NCBI RefSeq assembly: GCF_000010065.1
Contig: NC_006576.1
Location: 1,920,001-1,952,000, forward strand
Direction of reading: 5' to 3'
DNA: 32,000 nucleotides
Source of the DNA: Synechococcus elongatus PCC 6301
Lineage (GTDB): Bacteria; Cyanobacteriota; Cyanobacteriia; Synechococcales; Synechococcaceae
Part shown: positions 1-8,451 of the stretch, piece after piece
Position numbering within the stretch: position 1 is the first letter of the stretch
How the letters are laid out: the number at the start of each line of letters is the position of its first letter
Notes under the pieces: generated by a model
Seen by the model: only the letters and a program-made list of their open reading frames with translations
Told to the model about the DNA's origin: nothing
Databases searched by the model: none
Position numbers and translations under genes: made by a program

Positions 1-2
1 AA

Positions 3-1103
3 GCCTCTCGCTTCACCCATTCCCTCGGGGTGATGCAGGTTGCTCGCCGTGCCTTTGCCCCGATCGCAGCTGATTGGCCCGAATTGGCAGTGCATCGACC
101 GGCGTTGCTCTGTGCGGCACTGCTACATGACTTAGGCCATACGGCCTTTAGCCACACCGGCGAGGAGATTTTCCACTGCCAACATGAGCAGTGGACAGCC
201 CGGCTAATCACTGAGGACTCTCCGATTCGGCGGGTGCTAGCCGATTACGATCCGGCGCTGCCGGAGCAAGTTCTTGCGGTCTATCGCAAGCAATATCAGC
301 CCTTGCTGATCAGCCGCCTGATCACCAGCCAGCTCGATTGCGATCGCTTGGACTATCTGCTGCGCGATAGCTATTTCACGGGGGCAAGTTACGGGCGTCT
401 GGATCTCGATCGCATTTTGTCAGCACTGCGCTTCGACTCTGAGAGCGGCGAGTTAGCTGTGGCGGAGAAGGGATTGGCGGCGATCGAGCACTACTTGGTG
501 GTGCGATCGTTCATGTATAGCCAGGTCTACAACCATCCCAAAAACATTGTGGCTGGCTGGATGTTAGTGCGAATTTTTGAGCGGGCCCGTCAGCTCTGGC
601 AGGAACAACCGCGATCGCTGTTTGTGGATCCGCTGCTCCAGCCTTGGTTTGAGCAACCCGTCACGGATCTGAGCTTGGAGGAATACCTAGCGGTCGACGA
701 CATTGTCTGCCTCTACCATCTGCAGCGTTGGCAGGACAGTGCTGATCCCCTCTTGGCCGATCTCTGCCGCCGCTACCGCGATCGCGATCTGCTTAAAGCC
801 CTCAATCTCCGTAACCTCCCTGCTGAGCAGCAGCAGACCTTACTAGAGCACAGTCAACAATTGATTCGTAACCAAGGACAGGATCCGACTGGCTATACCG
901 GCCTTTGCCAGACCCAAAGTCGTGGCTACACCCTCTACCAAAGTGGGATTCGCCTCGCCACCGATCAAGGATTATTGGAAATTAGTCAGCGATCGCCCCT
1001 GATTCGTGCCCTGTTGGAGCCACCTAGCCAAGCTTGGTTGATCTATCCGCGAGTGATCGAACAGCCCCTCAAGCAGCAATGGCAGCTCGTCCGAGGCAGC
1101 TAA
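3..1103 (+). CDS. HD-domain phosphohydrolase (dGTPase-like), 5' end outside window
   Basis: The listed ORF begins at GTG 30, but the frame is open to the window edge and reads ASRFTHSLGVMQVARRAF. A second motif, LLHDLGHTAFSHTGEE, follows. These match the RFxHSLGV and HDLGH motifs of HD phosphohydrolases. Confidence 0.85.
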   Translation, partial: ASRFTHSLGVMQVARRAFAPIAADWPELAVHRPALLCAALLHDLGHTAFSHTGEEIFHCQHEQWTARLITEDSPIRRVLADYDPALPEQVLAVYRKQYQPLLISRLITSQLDCDRLDYLLRDSYFTGASYGRLDLDRILSALRFDSESGELAVAEKGLAAIEHYLVVRSFMYSQVYNHPKNIVAGWMLVRIFERARQLWQEQPRSLFVDPLLQPWFEQPVTDLSLEEYLAVDDIVCLYHLQRWQDSADPLLADLCRRYRDRDLLKALNLRNLPAEQQQTLLEHSQQLIRNQGQDPTGYTGLCQTQSRGYTLYQSGIRLATDQGLLEISQRSPLIRALLEPPSQAWLIYPRVIEQPLKQQWQLVRGS

Positions 1104-2191
1104 GCCCTTTGGAGTTGGATCCAGTCAGGATGTGCGTGAAGCGTTTGATAATCCGGATCCTCAGCAGCTAGAGAACGATAGGTGTCTGGATCTAGCGCGA
1201 TCGCCTGTTGGAGATCCGCGATCGCTGCGACCGGTTGATCGAGTCGGGCGTGGAGGGCGGCGCGATTGTACCAAGCCTCGGCCAAGTCTGGATTGCCTGC
1301 GATCGCCTGATCAAAAGCAGCCAATGCTGCGGTCCAGTCCTGGAGGTAAGCCCAAACGAGTCCTTGGTAGTAGGCCACCTCTGCGGCAGCTTCGCCTGTT
1401 AATTGCGGCAGAATTGCGGCGTAGCTGGCCAGCGCCTCTTCGTAGCGTTCGAGCTGCGCCAGCGTATGACCCCGTTGGATTGACAGCAGGAGGGGGCGAT
1501 CGCCCAGAAGTTCTGCGTTTTCGTAGGAGGTCAGTGCAGCTGCATACTGCCCGAGGTTGTAGAGGGCATGACCGCGCCAAGTCCAAGCCGTCGCCTGCTG
1601 CGGTTGGAGGGCGATCGCTTGATCCAAACAGCGCAAGGCCTGATCGGGTTGATCGACACTCAGGTAAATCTGCCCTAGCTGCCGCCAAGCACTGCTCTGA
1701 TCAGGGTCGATCGCCACAGACTGTTCGTAGTGACGTACTGCCTCCCGGTAGCGCCCCTGTTGCCACAGAGCAAAGCCACAGTTGGCCCACGCTTGGGCAT
1801 AGTGGGCGGCAAGGGCGATCGCTTGCTGATAACTGGCGATCGCATCCTCTAGTCGGCCCAGCTTACGCAGGACAATGCCACGGTTGTTCCAGACTTCGGG
1901 TTGCTGGCGATCGATGGCGAGGGCTTGTTCGTAGGACTCGACTGCTTCCGGTAGCCGCCCCAAATGCTCTAGGACGATCGCCCGATTATTGAGGGCTTCC
2001 TGACGCTGAGGTGTAATTTCTAACGCACAGTTGTAGCTAGCCAGTGCTTCTGTCCAGCGGTTGAGGCGCTCCAAGAGAATGCCGCGATTATTCCAGAGAG
2101 TGCAATTGCGCGGTTCATGACGCAGACGGAAATCGTAGGCCGCGAGTAGAGCCTCTAGTGATTGATGGGAGCCACCGTTCGGTATAGACAT
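1100..2191 (-). CDS. Tetratricopeptide repeat protein
   Basis: 363 aa ORF made mostly of 34-aa TPR units, e.g. AWNNRGIVLRKLGRLEDAIASYQQAIAL. Confidence 0.85.
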   Translation of the reverse strand: MSIPNGGSHQSLEALLAAYDFRLRHEPRNCTLWNNRGILLERLNRWTEALASYNCALEITPQRQEALNNRAIVLEHLGRLPEAVESYEQALAIDRQQPEVWNNRGIVLRKLGRLEDAIASYQQAIALAAHYAQAWANCGFALWQQGRYREAVRHYEQSVAIDPDQSSAWRQLGQIYLSVDQPDQALRCLDQAIALQPQQATAWTWRGHALYNLGQYAAALTSYENAELLGDRPLLLSIQRGHTLAQLERYEEALASYAAILPQLTGEAAAEVAYYQGLVWAYLQDWTAALAAFDQAIAGNPDLAEAWYNRAALHARLDQPVAAIADLQQAIALDPDTYRSLAAEDPDYQTLHAHPDWIQLQRA

Positions 2192-2258
2192 ATACGAATA
2201 GAGCGCAGACAGCGTTGCAGCTTATTATGGGCAGCAATGTTACTCCTGCAAGCGATTT

Positions 2259-2732
2259 ATGGCGCCCCGATATCGTCGCCTTGCGAGACTCGGACAACTC
2301 TGGAGTGACTCAGACAGTTTTCTGACGCTCGTTAGTAGTCTCGAAAAGTTCATTGCCAAGGTATTGTCGCTGGCAATGATTGTTGTGATCATTGTCTCGA
2401 CGATTGACCTCGGTATCTTCTTGGTCAAAAATTTATTTGTCTTTGATCCTTTCTTCCTCAAGTCCGCTCTATTCGAAGTTTTTGGGATGTTTTTGAGTGT
2501 CTTAATTGCCCTCGAAATCCTCGAGAATATCACCGCTTATCTCCGGCGCAATGTCATCCAAGTTGAACTAGTTGTTGCGACCTCTTTGATTGCGATCGCT
2601 CGTAAATTAATCATTCTCGACGTCAACAAAATTTCTACGGGCGAACTTTTTGGACTCGGCTTTGCAGTGCTTGCTCTAGCCATTAGCTACTGGATTGTGC
2701 GATCGGCACCCGCTCGCAATTCTCATCACTAG
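2259..2732 (+). CDS. PsiE-like / phosphate-starvation-inducible family membrane protein
   Basis: 157 aa with several hydrophobic segments and the pattern EVFGMFLSVLIALEILENITAYLRRNVIQVELVVATSLIAIARKLIILD. Confidence 0.65.
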   Translation: MAPRYRRLARLGQLWSDSDSFLTLVSSLEKFIAKVLSLAMIVVIIVSTIDLGIFLVKNLFVFDPFFLKSALFEVFGMFLSVLIALEILENITAYLRRNVIQVELVVATSLIAIARKLIILDVNKISTGELFGLGFAVLALAISYWIVRSAPARNSHH

Positions 2733-2765
2733 TTGAAAAAGATTGATCAGGCAGTCTTTAAAGCT

Positions 2766-3518
2766 TTAATTCAAGCGGAAGCTAACTGAAATTACTGCAG
2801 TCATGTCTTTTTCAATCGTGCTGGTGTCGTAGCTGCCGCCATCCCCTACATCGGTGGAATTTGGGGCCGTAATTTGAAAGACCCCCGTTTCGGCACTGGC
2901 GATCGCAGCAAGCTGGCTCCCCCCTTGTTGAGCGATCGCTGCTGCCCGCTTTCGGGCATCTTCCGTTGCCTGCGCAAGTAGTTCAACCCGGTACTCTGGC
3001 AGCTTGCTGAAGGTGTAGGCCGGTGGGGCAATTTCGAGATTGACACCCTCGGTTAAGAGTTGCCCAATTTCCTGTGACAAGCCTTGAATACGGACTACTT
3101 CCTTGCTCTCAATGGTCAGCACTTGGCTGGCCCGATAGGCTGCCACTTCGTTGGTGTTGGTGCCGTTGGGCAGGGTTTGGTAAATCGGGAAGGAGTTGAT
3201 CACACCGCGCTGAATTTCTGTGGCTTGAACGCCATTGGCTTCCAAAAAGCGAACTGTGCGATCGAGATCGGGCTGGAGGGCTTCGTAGGCTGCGGCCAAG
3301 GTCGCCGCTTGTCGGTTGACGGTAATTCGCCAAGTCACGCGATCAGACGTGACGCGCTGCGTACTCGCGCCAGTCACCGTGAGGCGATCGCTACCGCGGC
3401 GCAGGTTGCTGACAACCGTGTTGCCCGTCCAAGCGAGGCCCAGCGTTAAAATCGTCAGCCCAACAACAAAATGATGCGGATGCAGTAATCTCTCGGCCCA
3501 GTGGCGAGTTTCGGTCAT
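2766..3518 (-). CDS. SIMPL (DUF541) domain protein, exported or membrane anchored
   Basis: N-terminal hydrophobic segment, then GASTQRVTSDRVTWRITVNRQA...YRASQVLTIESKEV...DATEDARKRAAAIAQQGGSQL...VSVSFRLN-type SIMPL features. Confidence 0.75.
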   Translation of the reverse strand: MTETRHWAERLLHPHHFVVGLTILTLGLAWTGNTVVSNLRRGSDRLTVTGASTQRVTSDRVTWRITVNRQAATLAAAYEALQPDLDRTVRFLEANGVQATEIQRGVINSFPIYQTLPNGTNTNEVAAYRASQVLTIESKEVVRIQGLSQEIGQLLTEGVNLEIAPPAYTFSKLPEYRVELLAQATEDARKRAAAIAQQGGSQLAAIASAETGVFQITAPNSTDVGDGGSYDTSTIEKDMTAVISVSFRLN

Positions 3519-4023
3519 CGCTCACACCCCATACTGTCTCCATTCTTCAAAGCTGGACTGGGATTGGGGCGAACCACTGCATTCCCTTAAGACTTGTGGA
3601 GGGTATTGCCAAGCCAGGGCAGCGTGATCGCCGGAAGGGCGGCGGTGTGGCTGGCTTCAAGACGGTAAATCCCTGCTGCGGCTTGTAACAGCCTACGGGT
3701 CAGTTAGGACGATTCAGTCATAGATTAGTTGAGCGTCAACCACCGCTGTCCGTGGGGGTGATCGCACACAGCTGCACTGGGAGATTGGTGTCCCTCAGTC
3801 CCTCTGCAAGAAGACTTTGGGTGAGACTGATCGGCTGAATTGCGATCGCTACGGGTAAAACGAGTCAGTGTTGACCATGGCTTTGATGCTAATCAGCTCA
3901 AGTAAAACGTCCTAATTTGCCTGCTACATCTCATGGCATCTGCGATCGCTAAGTTGTCTGCCGCACCAGCAAGTGTCACCCCCTGCGGTAGCGTAAAGGA
4001 CGAAAGGCTTAGCTGCGCCCAGC

Positions 4024-4701
4024 ATGGACTTAGGACAAATCGAAGCAAAGCTGCGGAGCAGTGACGTCCAAGAGCGGATTCGGGCGATGACAGCGCTGCG
4101 AGCGTACGCACCGGCTGTGGCGGTGCCGCTGTTGCGAGGCTGCAGCCAAGACCCTGAATTTGTGGTGCGATCGCTGGCGGCTATGACCTTGGGCCACAAG
4201 CGCACGCCTGAGAGTTTTGCCCTTTTGCAAGGACTGCTGCACGATGACGCCGACGCCAATGTGCGGGCTGAGTCGGCTAATGCGATCGCGGCGTTTGGCG
4301 AGACTGCGCTACCAGACCTGATGCGATCGTTTCGGGAGGATCAGCATTGGCTGGTGCGCTTGAGTATTTTGGCGGCGTTGCAGGCGCTCAATCAGCCGCA
4401 GATCCTGTTTGATAGCGCGGTTTTGGCGATCGCGGATACTGACCTCAGCGTCCGGGAAGCGGCGATCGATCTACTGGCAACCTTTGCAGGCAGCCCGATG
4501 CAGACCTTTGCCCTCGACAAACTGCTGCCGTTGGCGCGATCGGAACATTGGCAGCTACGGGCTCATCTGGCGCGAGCGCTGCACTGTTTCGACCAGCACC
4601 AAGCCCGTGAAACGCTGCAAGTCCTGCGGCAGGACGACAACCATCACGTGGTAGCTGCCGTCCTTGAGGGTTCAGTGCGGCCTAGCCCTAGCCTTGGTTA
4701 A
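4024..4701 (+). CDS. HEAT-repeat (PBS lyase HEAT-like) protein
   Basis: 225 aa, repeats such as VRAESANAIAAFGETALPDLMRSF and VREAAIDLLATF. Confidence 0.7.
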   Translation: MDLGQIEAKLRSSDVQERIRAMTALRAYAPAVAVPLLRGCSQDPEFVVRSLAAMTLGHKRTPESFALLQGLLHDDADANVRAESANAIAAFGETALPDLMRSFREDQHWLVRLSILAALQALNQPQILFDSAVLAIADTDLSVREAAIDLLATFAGSPMQTFALDKLLPLARSEHWQLRAHLARALHCFDQHQARETLQVLRQDDNHHVVAAVLEGSVRPSPSLG

Positions 4702-5659
4702 CCAGGGCTTCGAGCGCCGCGATCGTCTGGTCACCAATCGAGACGCCGTTGAGGCGATCGATTTCGCGAATCCCGGTCGGGCTAGTGACATTGACCTCGG
4801 TTAGATAGCCGCCGATCACGTCAATGCCGACGAAAAACAGGCCATCTTGGCGCAGACGCGGAGCTACCGCCGCACAGATCTCGCGATCGCGATCGGTGAT
4901 GGGCACGGCTTCGACCCGTCCGCCCACGGCCATGTTGCCGCGAAACTCCCGTCCGGTCGGCACCCGGTTGACGGCTCCCAACGGTTCGCCGTTGACCAGA
5001 ATGATCCGCTTGTCGCCGTCCTTCGCTTCTGGCAGGTACTGCTGCACCATCACCGGCAGTTGCCCTTGCTGAGTGCTGATTTCCACGAGGGAATTGAAGT
5101 TGCGATCGCCCGGATCGAGGAAGAGAATCCCCTCGCCTGCTTTACCGCCGAGTGGCTTGAGTACGGCTGCCCGCAGCTCATCCAAGAAAGCACGAATCTC
5201 GGCTTTGTTGCTACTGACCAAGGTGCGCGGTACCACCGATTGGAACTGCAGCGCGTACATCTTCTCGTTGGCGTGGCGCAGTCCTTCCGGCGAATTGACC
5301 ACACGGGTCTTTTTCGGGTCGACCAAATCCAGCAGATAGGTGGCGTAGAGATAGGCTGTGGTGACTGGCGGATCCTTGCGCATGAACACGGCAGCAAAAT
5401 CATGCAGTGATCGCCGTTTCGCTTCCCCCGCCGTGAACCAAGGGTTGGCTACCTGCCAGCGATCGCCCAGCCACTGCACCGGCTCAATTTTGAGCGGCCG
5501 CAGCAATCCCAGCGGTTCGCCCACATGCACCGACAGATCGGAGATTTCACCGATCCAGATCTCGTGGCCGCGCAGTTGAGCGGCTTCCATCAACGCAACC
5601 GTACTATCGTGGGTTGGATCGAGTGCCGCGATCGGGTCGATTAAAAATGCGAGTTTCAC
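4688..5659 (-). CDS. gshB: Glutathione synthetase
   Basis: 323 aa with FMRKDPPVTTAYLYATYLLD, NSPEGLRHANEKMYALQF, VLKPLGGKAGEGILFLD and VNVTSPTGIREIDRLNG. GTG start overlaps the grxC stop. Confidence 0.95.
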   Translation of the reverse strand: MKLAFLIDPIAALDPTHDSTVALMEAAQLRGHEIWIGEISDLSVHVGEPLGLLRPLKIEPVQWLGDRWQVANPWFTAGEAKRRSLHDFAAVFMRKDPPVTTAYLYATYLLDLVDPKKTRVVNSPEGLRHANEKMYALQFQSVVPRTLVSSNKAEIRAFLDELRAAVLKPLGGKAGEGILFLDPGDRNFNSLVEISTQQGQLPVMVQQYLPEAKDGDKRIILVNGEPLGAVNRVPTGREFRGNMAVGGRVEAVPITDRDREICAAVAPRLRQDGLFFVGIDVIGGYLTEVNVTSPTGIREIDRLNGVSIGDQTIAALEALVNQG

Positions 5660-5919
5660 GCGCTAAGACCCAATAGCGGATCAAGACCACCTTGGCGATC
5701 GAGGGCATGCAGGTCGTCGCAACCACCGATGTGCTGGTCATCAATGAAAATTTGCGGCACACTCCGGCGACCGTTCGCACGCTGAGCCATGACTGCTCGT
5801 GCTGCTTCGTCTCCGTCAATCACGTATTCCTGAAACGCCACACCCTTGCGAGTGAGCAGCGCTTTCGCCCGAACACAGAAGGGGCAAGCGCTCCAAGTGT
5901 AAATTTCGACGTTGGCCAC
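5656..5919 (-). CDS. grxC: Glutaredoxin 3
   Basis: 87 aa, VEIYTWSACPFCVRAKALLTRKG (CPFC active site) and TVPQIF-like RSVPQIFIDDQHIGGCDDL. Confidence 0.93.
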   Translation of the reverse strand: MANVEIYTWSACPFCVRAKALLTRKGVAFQEYVIDGDEAARAVMAQRANGRRSVPQIFIDDQHIGGCDDLHALDRQGGLDPLLGLSA

Positions 5920-6083
5920 AGATGCAGATCCTTTACTACAGCGATCCTAAGCACTTCGGCCTGCTATTCTGCCACTCCGGATTGCGCTCTAGCTTTGCGA
6001 TCGCCGGTCGATGCAAAACAAAACCCCTGCGATCGCGCGATTAACAGGGGCTGTTTGGGGGTGAAAGTGCCGCGATCGATCGA

Positions 6084-6374
6084 CTATTCCTGCAAAATCT
6101 GCGGTACGCGGAAGAAGTCGCCTTCTTGATCCGGCGCAATGCTCAGCAATTCTTCGCGGTTCTCAGCCGGTTTCACGTCATCAGGCCGCGTGACGTTGAC
6201 CACCTCGATCGCACGAGTGGTGGGTTGCACATCTTCGGTGGGGAGTTCACTCAGTTGCTCAACATATTCCAAGATGCTATTGAGCTGCGTCGTGAACGGT
6301 TGTTCTTCTTCTGGCGTCAATGCCAAGCGTGCCAAGTGAGCAACTTTGTGAACCTGTTCGAGCGTAATCGACAT
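6084..6374 (-). CDS. gatC: Asp/Glu-tRNA(Asn/Gln) amidotransferase subunit C
   Basis: 96 aa, [34 protein letters not shown]...[32 protein letters not shown]. Confidence 0.95.
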   Translation of the reverse strand: MSITLEQVHKVAHLARLALTPEEEQPFTTQLNSILEYVEQLSELPTEDVQPTTRAIEVVNVTRPDDVKPAENREELLSIAPDQEGDFFRVPQILQE

Positions 6375-6385
6375 GGGGCAGACAG

Positions 6386-6907
6386 CTAGAAGTAAACGTC
6401 AACTTTAGAACGGCCAGTTGTTTTCAGCCAGTTCTGAGCCTCGATGTAGTTGTTGGGCGCGAGGCGAATCGCTTGGGTCCAATATTCTGCCGCTTGATCG
6501 TAGTGGCGTTCGGCTTCATCATCGTTGCCTGCTTCCTCCGATCGCTGACCGAGGAAGTGGTGAATCACCGCAATATTGTTGAGTGCCTGCGGCATTTTCG
6601 GATTCAGATCCAAGGCCTGCAGGTAATGATCCAGCGCCGTTTGGTGATCACCGTTGCTGGTGTGTACCAGTGCAATGTTGTAGAGGATGAAGCTGCGATC
6701 GATCGGATCTTCTTCCAGCGTCAGCGCCTCTTGATAGTTCTCCAGCGCTTCGGCGTATTCGCCATCGGCCTGCGCCGACATACCATCGCGATAGTAGGCA
6801 AACGCTTCCTTAGACTTCTTGTTGGTCGGCAACACCTTGAGAATCAGGTCTGCCATCACCGTAAAAGACTTGTCGATGAAGTTGTCGTTGCGCTGTGTTC
6901 TCGGCAT
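6386..6907 (-). CDS. ycf3: Photosystem I assembly protein Ycf3 (TPR)
   Basis: 173 aa, [62 protein letters not shown]. Confidence 0.97.
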   Translation of the reverse strand: MPRTQRNDNFIDKSFTVMADLILKVLPTNKKSKEAFAYYRDGMSAQADGEYAEALENYQEALTLEEDPIDRSFILYNIALVHTSNGDHQTALDHYLQALDLNPKMPQALNNIAVIHHFLGQRSEEAGNDDEAERHYDQAAEYWTQAIRLAPNNYIEAQNWLKTTGRSKVDVYF

Positions 6908-6944
6908 GGTGCCTGGGTCATCGAAGACTTACTCAGTGTAGTCT

Positions 6945-7232
6945 TCAACTCCAATCATCCTGATCCTTGTTACGGCCTTGATATATGCCGCCACGTTGAT
7001 GGATTTCTCGGGTGCGTTCAAACAGGCTAGCTTCATCCAACTGCCAGCGCTGCAGGGCCTTCTCCAAATCTCGCTGGATATCCCGCGCACCGGGAAAGCC
7101 TTGATAGCGAATTTTGAGGCGAGCCAGCTCGCAAAGGTTGAAGTCCGTCGCTTCACCCACCAGCAGGCTATCGACCGTGGTGCGATCCGATCGCCAGAGG
7201 GGATGTTCTTGATCTTTGGCCGTGTCGCTCAT
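6945..7232 (-). CDS. Conserved cyanobacterial small protein (DUF3288-like)
   Basis: 95 aa, KDQEHPLWRSDRTTVDSLLVGEATDFNLCELARLKIRYQGFPGARDIQRDLEKALQRW. Confidence 0.65.
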   Translation of the reverse strand: MSDTAKDQEHPLWRSDRTTVDSLLVGEATDFNLCELARLKIRYQGFPGARDIQRDLEKALQRWQLDEASLFERTREIHQRGGIYQGRNKDQDDWS

Positions 7233-7320
7233 GGTGGGGAATCAGGACAAGGGCATCAGTCTGCATTGTCGAACAGCTCGTGCGATCGCCCTAAAAGAAC
7301 CCGCGATCAGATAGTGGTAC

Positions 7321-7619
7321 TTAAGCTTCGACCAGCTTTTTCACTTGCAACTCGTCTCTGCGTTGCTCTGCCTGCCCAAGCTCATACTGAGATTGCTGAT
7401 TCATCCAGCTCTCTGCCGAGGTGTCAAAGGTAATGGAGAGTCGAGTCGAATTGCCATTTCAGGGCTAATTCCTGCATGACCATTCAAAATGGCACTCAGC
7501 GTTTTCCGACTGACACCGAGCGCTGCAGCTGCTTCAGTGATCGAGATGCCCAACGGTTCAAGACATAGCTCTTTGATAATCTCTCCAGGATGCGGAGGAT
7601 TGTGCATCAGCATAGTCAT
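7321..7619 (-). pseudogene. HigA-like Xre-family antitoxin, frameshifted by a 5-bp tandem duplication
   Basis: N-terminal [54 protein letters not shown] is in one frame. After AGTCGAGTCG (7439-7448) the family-like tail [38 protein letters not shown] continues in another frame and stops at 7321. Confidence 0.8.
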
Positions 7620-7652
7620 TCCTCAGTGATAGTCTGGATGGCCCCGATTGCC

Positions 7653-8279
7653 TTAAAAGAACCAGCGCTGAAAAAGATGTGCCAACAGCAGCAGGATGCT
7701 AACGATCGCAGCCCCACCCAAGACTGAGAAGCGGCGATCGCTGTCGGCGGATAACCAGGGTTTGAGGAGTCGTGTCAGCCGCGGCATAATCCCCCACTGC
7801 ATGAGTGCGACGCCAATCGCATTACCGACCAAAACTGCCCCAGCTCTGCCGAGCCCTTGCAGATGCGGTGTGATCAGCAAGTTGAGCAGCAGCACGGTGG
7901 GATAGAGCGCTAGCAACACGGTCAGTGCCATCTTCCAGCTCGGGGGCTTATGGAGAAGCTGGCTAAACCAGGGAGCAAAGCCTTGAGGCAAGACGGTCTT
8001 GGAATAGCCAGCCAGTTCTGGTGGGAGCTGGGCTAAGATTTCGGCCCGCTGCGGTGAATCGAGCCAGCCTTGGAGATCTGCCGGAGTCTGGAAGTGAAGA
8101 ACAGCAATCCAGTTGGGGTCGCGATCGTTCTCGGGCGGATAGATGTCCGTGCCTTGGTAGCCATCAAATTGGGCGGCAGCAGTAGTGATTGACTGTTGCC
8201 ACACCAGATAGCAATCGGCATAGGCAGGCGGCACAGGATGGACGATCACAGCGGAGGTTCTGGCGGTATTCACATTCAT
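7653..8279 (-). CDS. Antibiotic-biosynthesis-monooxygenase-like domain fused to membrane segments
   Basis: 208 aa. The N-terminal part resembles the ABM fold (YLVWQQSITTAAAQFDGYQGTDIYPP...WIAVLHFQTPADLQGWLDSPQR). The C-terminal half is three hydrophobic helices. Confidence 0.6.
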   Translation of the reverse strand: MNVNTARTSAVIVHPVPPAYADCYLVWQQSITTAAAQFDGYQGTDIYPPENDRDPNWIAVLHFQTPADLQGWLDSPQRAEILAQLPPELAGYSKTVLPQGFAPWFSQLLHKPPSWKMALTVLLALYPTVLLLNLLITPHLQGLGRAGAVLVGNAIGVALMQWGIMPRLTRLLKPWLSADSDRRFSVLGGAAIVSILLLLAHLFQRWFF

Positions 8280-8451
8280 CCGACTGCCCTACTGGGTACC
8301 ACCTTCAGCATCTTCGCAGGGGGAAGTAACTGCGCGATCGCTTAACGCTTGCGGGGAGATCTGGACTCAGGCGGGATGCTGCTGAGCGATCGTAGATAGA
8401 CGCCTCTCCGCTGGCTCCCTAGGATAGGGGAAAGATTCCAGTACCCTGTGC

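Noticed and set aside
1132-1992. 286-aa plus-strand ORF antisense to the TPR gene
   Set aside because: Arg/Ser-rich low-complexity product typical of antisense frames through a repetitive gene.
1100-2191. TPR gene internal repeats as a possible DNA repeat array or CRISPR
   Set aside because: Periodicity is about 102 nt with degenerate sequence, explained by 34-aa TPR units. No conserved direct repeats with unique spacers were found anywhere in the window.
3893-4111. 72-aa ORF upstream of/overlapping the HEAT gene
   Set aside because: Short, overlaps the HEAT-repeat start on the opposite strand, and has no recognisable domain.
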